Shown here piece after piece: positions 58,894-64,000 of a DNA stretch of 64,000 bases (positions are counted from its first letter, which is position 1; the number at the start of each line of letters is the position of its first letter). Origin of the DNA: the human T2T-CHM13v2.0 reference genome, Homo sapiens; the NCBI RefSeq assembly GCF_009914755.1, contig NC_060944.1. The stretch is one strand, 5' to 3'. The notes beneath the pieces are model-generated. The model was not told the origin of the DNA. It did no database searches and saw only the letters and a program-made list of their open reading frames with translations. Position numbers and translations under genes: made by a program.

Positions 58894-59620
58894 TCTTATC
58901 CTTTTTTTTTTTTTTTCTTTTTTTTGAGACAGAATCTTGCTCTGTCTCCCAGGCTGGAGTGCAGTGGCATGTTTGGCTCACTGCAACCTCAGCCTCTCAG
59001 GTTCAAGCAATTCTCCTGCCTCAGTCTCCCCAAGTAGCTGGGATTACAGGTGTCAGCCATCATGCTCAGATAATTTTTGTTCTGTTTTGTTTTGTTTTGA
59101 CACAGAGTCTCACTCTCACCCACGCTGGAGTGCAGTAGCGAGATCTCAGCTCACTGCAACCTCTGCCTCCCAGGTTCAAGCGATTCTCTTGCCTTATCCC
59201 CCCCAACTGGCTGGGATTACAGGCTTATACCACCACGCCCAGCTATTTTTTGTATTTTTAGTAGAGATGGGTGTCACCATGTTGGCCAAGCTGGTCTTGA
59301 ACTCCTGACTTCAACTGATCTACCTGCATTGGCCTCCCAAAGTGCTGGGAATTACAGGCGTGAGCCACTGCATCTGGCTTAATTTTTGTATTGTTAGTAG
59401 AGATGGCGTGAGCCAAAGTGCTGGGATTACAGAAAACAGTGAGAAAGTCATGGGGACTATAATGCATTGAAGGTGACTCTGCTGGCTTCTCTCACCTTCT
59501 CTACTTCTCTATGGGGTTTTACCATGTTGGCCCGGCTGGTCTTGAACTCCTGACCTCAACTGATCTGCCCACCTTGGCCTTCCATGCTGGGATTACAGGA
59601 GTGAGCCACTGCGCCTGGCC
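58894..59620 (-). mobile_element. Compound Alu: an outer Alu, an inner Alu (59081-59379) in its A-rich linker, and a complex templated insertion (~59407-59511)
   Basis: Outer TSD tcaaattRccatt at 58881-58893 and 59621-59633; inner TSD taatttttgt at 59071-59080 and 59380-59389. Confidence 0.9.
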
Positions 59621-60229
59621 TCAAATTACCATTCACCATCTGCACTGCTATCACATATCTACAGCAGGGTAATATGCTAAAATTTTTAAGTAGTTAATTG
59701 TGCATTTAAAATACATTAAAAGTATCTAGTTTCAGCACACTTTAAAAAATAATTAGCCTTTGATATAACTTGCTTTTGTATTTTGTTTCATTTGGGCTTG
59801 TCAAAAAGAACTGTTCTTTACCTCTCATCTGATACTTACATAGTTTCAAGTTTATTACATCTCCTCTATCCAAGCATTATAATCCAATTAAGCAACTGCA
59901 TTTTCATATAAGCCCTTTTACTCCTTTCTTCCACACTCTTTCCTGATTTTCTAACTCTCAGAAGCTGTGTATTCACAAACTAGCCAAGTGAGGCAAACCA
60001 ACACATAAATTTTACGGAAGTATTTCTTTTGCTCGGGACAGTTCTAAGTGCAGTGGCAGAATAGCTTCTAGATTGTTAGACGTAATATCCTGCTAACATA
60101 GTCCAGAACTATCCTTAGTTCTGTTGTTGCCATTTTGCTAACCAAAACAAACAGAAAACAGTGAGAAAGTCATGGGGACTATAATGCATCAAAGGTGACT
60201 CTGCTGGCTTTTCTCTCACCTTCTCTACT
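59429..60229 (+). repeat. Dispersed direct repeat of about 78 bp (59429-59505 and 60151-60229)
   Basis: acagaaaacagtgagaaagtcatggggactataatgcat..aaggtgactctgctggctt(tt)ctctcaccttctctact in both copies; the ORF track shows the shared peptide MHYSPHDFLTVFC. Confidence 0.97.
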
Positions 60230-61436
60230 AGCGTATCCAAATCTGATATGCCAAGCTTGACTTTCCTATTGCAAACTTGACAAATACACAGGACTTTATA
60301 ATGTAGAAAAATACCATGACCAGACAAAGGCTTTTACAATGAGTTAAAGCATTGTACATACGTTGAGTAATCATTCCCTATACAGCCCCTTGCACACTAG
60401 GCAGAGTAGCACAAAACTAGTTATTCTTCCCTTCCCCTTTTTCCTAGTCTAGGAATGTAAGCAGCTTAGAGCAGATCAAGCAACACCACTTTGGGGTGTG
60501 CAGTGATATTCTCCATGAATTGGATCTCTCTGCTTCAAATAGTCACTAACCATCATGAAAAAAGTAACTGTGACACTGACTCTTCTTCAAATGTGACAAA
60601 GTACACAAAGCATAACAAGACACATTCCATCTATAAGATGCCACCCAAATACTGAGTTTAAATGAACCCTTGCAACTACTCCGTGAGAATATCCAATTCA
60701 TCTGTTCACTCAACAAACATTTATTAAGCCCACAAGTAATGTGCCAAAATTGATTTATCCTCAGAAAGCTTCCTAGATCAAATAGATTGTTAAATTTCAT
60801 TCTCAGTATAAAACTAAAAATGAGAGACGGGGGAAAGGGGCAAAGTGAAGAAGATGTGCAAGTGAACTGGGGACAAGCAAATTTTACATAAATTAGACCA
60901 TCTCCATTTCTAGATTTGTTAAGTGGAATCATGTGTTGGTGACCTGAAATACTGGTTATTTTCTAAAATGGCTGAAATGCTGGATCAGAGGAGGGATGTA
61001 AAGGGCCAAATGTCACAATACATGGAACAGAGGAAATAAAAAATGTAACTCTAAAATCATTTCTCCAACTAAAAAGCAAGCAGTATAGTCAAGTAGAGCT
61101 TGTTCCTAAAGAGAGTGACATTTACAGAGAGAAAATGGAAACTGGCACACATTTATTAAATGTCTACTAAATACCCAGGCCAGTGCCCAGCCTGCTGAAA
61201 GGAGAAAAACTAGGATCAACGATTGTGAAGATGAGAAACAAACCAATTACTATGAGATAGGTTTTCTTAAAAAGAATTTTAAAAAGGTATTTGGTTGATG
61301 ATTTATACTACATGTTAAAAAACAATGACATTCATTTTTTCTAAAGAAAAAATGTTCCCACTGGTTAAAAAATTGTGAGCTAAAAATTCCATGCTTTACT
61401 TTGAAAGGCTAGTTTAAAAAACCCATAATTACTTAC

Positions 61437-61556
61437 CTGCCCAACTCTCCCCGGATGTTTCAAGGCCAAGCCTCCACTGGAGACAGCAGCAGCAACATTC
61501 CCTTCGTGGTCCACAACCACAGCGCCTACCGTGTCCAAAGTGCCTGAGTCATTTTC
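61437..61556 (-). CDS. TASP1: Taspase 1 internal coding exon (probably exon 9), 120 nt, phase 0-0: ENDSGTLD/TVGAVVVDHEGNVAAAVSSGGLALKHPGRVGQ. Contains the Asp/Thr autoproteolysis site and the N-terminal Thr nucleophile of the beta subunit
   Basis: Peptide within ORF 61380..61652 matches the type-2 asparaginase/Ntn-hydrolase motif DTVGAV...SSGG...GRVG of taspase 1. Acceptor ...cttttgctctgcAG at 61558-61557; donor CAG|GTAAGT at 61436-61431. Exon number is from memory. Confidence 0.97.
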
Positions 61557-63524
61557 CTGCAGAGCAAAAGTGGCACAAGTATTCACTAGGCATGGAGTGG
61601 GACAATCTGATATGACTACATAGCACTTTTCCATACAATCATGACAGAACAAAATCTAAACTAATCCCTAAGTGGAACATTGAGCAATCTCCTAAAATTA
61701 TCTATTATCAAGTTGCCATTTAAATCCTATTTAAGTCAAAATGTATTTTCCACCGAGAAATCCCAAACAAAAGGTATCCTGTTGCTTTTCTCTAATAATA
61801 AGGCTATAGTGTCTTTTTAATGGAGGAAATGTCACAATTTAATATAAATTACAGTATACAGCAGTATCTCTTCATTCTCAAGAATTAAGTTCATGTTTGA
61901 GAATGTGTAGAGGAAACCATCGGTGGCATAAATGAGCTAATAATAAATACTCTTGTTGGTATTTCTTTAAGTATTATATACAAACATCTAATAGAAATAC
62001 ATTCCACACAATAAATTAAGAAAATGGCATTTACAATCTTAAAGTATACCACACTATCATTTTTCTCTTAGAGTTCCTTGTTTGTGAGAAAATTTATGGC
62101 AAGCTCCCTTCTCTCCTATAACAGTAACATGCTTGCCAATTGTATGGCAGAAAAGTGTACGTTCTTGGAAGGTTTGTGTTTCAATGTTTTGTCCCAGGTC
62201 CCACATGTTTAAGGCACATAGTGATATTTACTGACTATGAGCCGCTGTCTCCTACCTCCAAAGTTTATGGGTCACCTGTGCAAGAGAGACAAACACTACA
62301 CTACTGGATAGAAACAATGATTAAGGGAGGCAAGAAAAAAATTCATGGAAAAAGAAGTCTCATATATTAAAAAGGGGGGTTACGGTAGGTTTTTAGGTTA
62401 ATAGTAGTCATGGTGGTGTTCTTATGCTAGGGCATTGGTTTTCAAACCTTGCCCTACAACCCTAGACCCCACCCTTACCCCCACCACCAGTATGCATGTA
62501 AGAGCCAGGCCCAACGCCGGGTTCAACATGAACAGCTCCTCATCCTGTGTGATTTATTGCTCACATTACTGAGCAGGACTTGGTTGGTACTGAGAGATCC
62601 CTAAGAAGCAAAATGACACACTAAAGCCATCACCAGAAAAGTCAATGAGCTCCCGGGCCCATCTCAGAAGTTTAGCAACATTGAAGAGTTTCTAAATAGT
62701 GGAAGCAGAATTCAAACAAGAGATGTTTCCCTAAAGCAAACTGGAAAACTCAGAAGTAGAGTGTGCCACAACAAAATTTTACATCAAGTCTGTTAGGAAA
62801 AGGTACTTACATCTAGAATTTATATTTCTTGCTCTAAATTCTAACTTCCCTTAAATATACTGATACACTATGACAGTACTTAGTTTGATAGGAAATGCTG
62901 AACTGGCTGAAATGAATGCTATATTCCTAATCCCTCTTTTAACCACAGCTAGGGAAAGTCTAGCCAATGGATCCACATGGTCATATCTCAGAATGACATA
63001 GTTCTGCTCAAGGCATGTGCCCTTCAAGAATACTTCCTGGCCTGAACTCCCTAAGGAAAGGTTTGATCCACTCCACATCACACTGAATGCAACAGACACT
63101 CAGGACATATTTATTTTTTAATTAGGATGCAGGATGTCTGTATCCCTGGTGGTACAAAACATGCCCAATAGTGAGTAACATGCAATGCCATCCCAATGTC
63201 AGGGCCAGTTTTCTACCTCTGTTTCGCAAGATTTGACTTCACGCAAATCCAGATGCTGCCGCTATCTTAGGGAAGACTTAACAATAACCAGACTTGCTCA
63301 TTCAGGTTGGACAAAGCAAAGTCTGTCTTCTCTGGTAGGTAAGATTAAGAACAGCAGTACGGAAATGCATTAAAAACATTTTATTCCAGAAAAGATGGAT
63401 AATCTTAAAGAGAAATATACTTTTAAGAGGAATATTTGTTTTATAATGCTAATAAATAATTTTATATCTTTGCAATCTCGGGTAGAGAAGTGTTAGTTCC
63501 CCAGATGCCAAGTTTGATGTCACC

Positions 63525-63665
63525 TTTAAGAAGGCTTCTCAAATTTTAATGTGCACACACATCATCAGGAGAATTTGTTTAAATGCAGATTCTGATGGAG
63601 CAATCTGGGAACTATCCAAGACTGTATATCTAACAATATTCCACACTATGCTGATGGTCTAACAG
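63525..63665. mobile_element. MER5-like relic
   Basis: ggcttctcaaattttaatgtgcacacacatcatcaggagaatttgtttaaatgcagattctg...tctaacaatattccacactatgctgatg. Confidence 0.65.
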
Positions 63666-64000
63666 CATCCCACCCCAGGGGACCATTATCCACCAAATAC
63701 CTGCCCCATTCATTCTGAAGCAAACTATTTATAGGCACAAATCTGCTGAAGGAGAAACTTAAACTACCTAAGGCTAACATTATGCCAGTATAAAAGATTT
63801 AAGTTCTATCTTGCTCAACTGTCAACTGACAGCATATCACCACTATTATACTACATGGATTTGGTATCTATATTTTAAAATACTGATCTTACACTTTGAA
63901 TAGCAAACAAATCTCACACAAATAAACAAACTGTAAAATAACTTTCCTCAACAATAACAACAGAGAAGTCAAGAAAGGGTATTCTTTTAAGATTATTTTT

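Larger units (their letters stand above)
55927..61436 (-). other. TASP1: TASP1 intron, 5,510 bp
   Basis: Lies between the GT donor at 61436 and the AG acceptor at 55927. Confidence 0.92.

Noticed and set aside
59258-60327. Two ORFs sharing MHYSPHDFLTVFC as a duplicated mini-gene
   Set aside because: Explained by the ~77-bp templated DNA copy; no evidence of coding function.
61557-61652. N-terminal extension of the ORF over the catalytic exon (MFCHDCMEKC...)
   Set aside because: Intronic sequence upstream of a clear polypyrimidine-AG acceptor; not taspase-like.

Overview
AT-rich, repeat-dense primate (human or close relative) genomic DNA from inside TASP1 (taspase 1, threonine aspartase), which is transcribed on the minus strand. 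Three internal coding exons can be placed exactly: 61556-61437 (120 nt, with the autocleavage D/T site), 55926-55848 (79 nt) and 10755-10645 (111 nt). They have canonical GT-AG boundaries and splice in frame across introns of 5,510 and 45,092 bp. The rest is intronic: L1 copies of many ages (one near full-length old L1M at about 30.1-37.0 kb), about ten Alus, L2/MIR/CR1 relics, MaLR/ERVL LTRs and DNA-transposon fossils. The other ORFs in the track look like repeat-derived or chance ORFs. I find no support for a new gene or a new biological system. The most notable signals are DNA repair and recombination fossils: (i) an inverted L1 pair sharing at least seven non-consensus variants, including the same nonsense change, which points to ectopic gene conversion; (ii) three locally templated insertions copied from 0.7-2.1 kb away, one inverted and one with several template switches; (iii) nested insertions, a twin-primed L1 and an AT-rich palindrome; (iv) a few candidate alternative-splicing signals. 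Subfamily names and consensus states are recognised from memory, not from a database search, and boundaries of old repeats are approximate.
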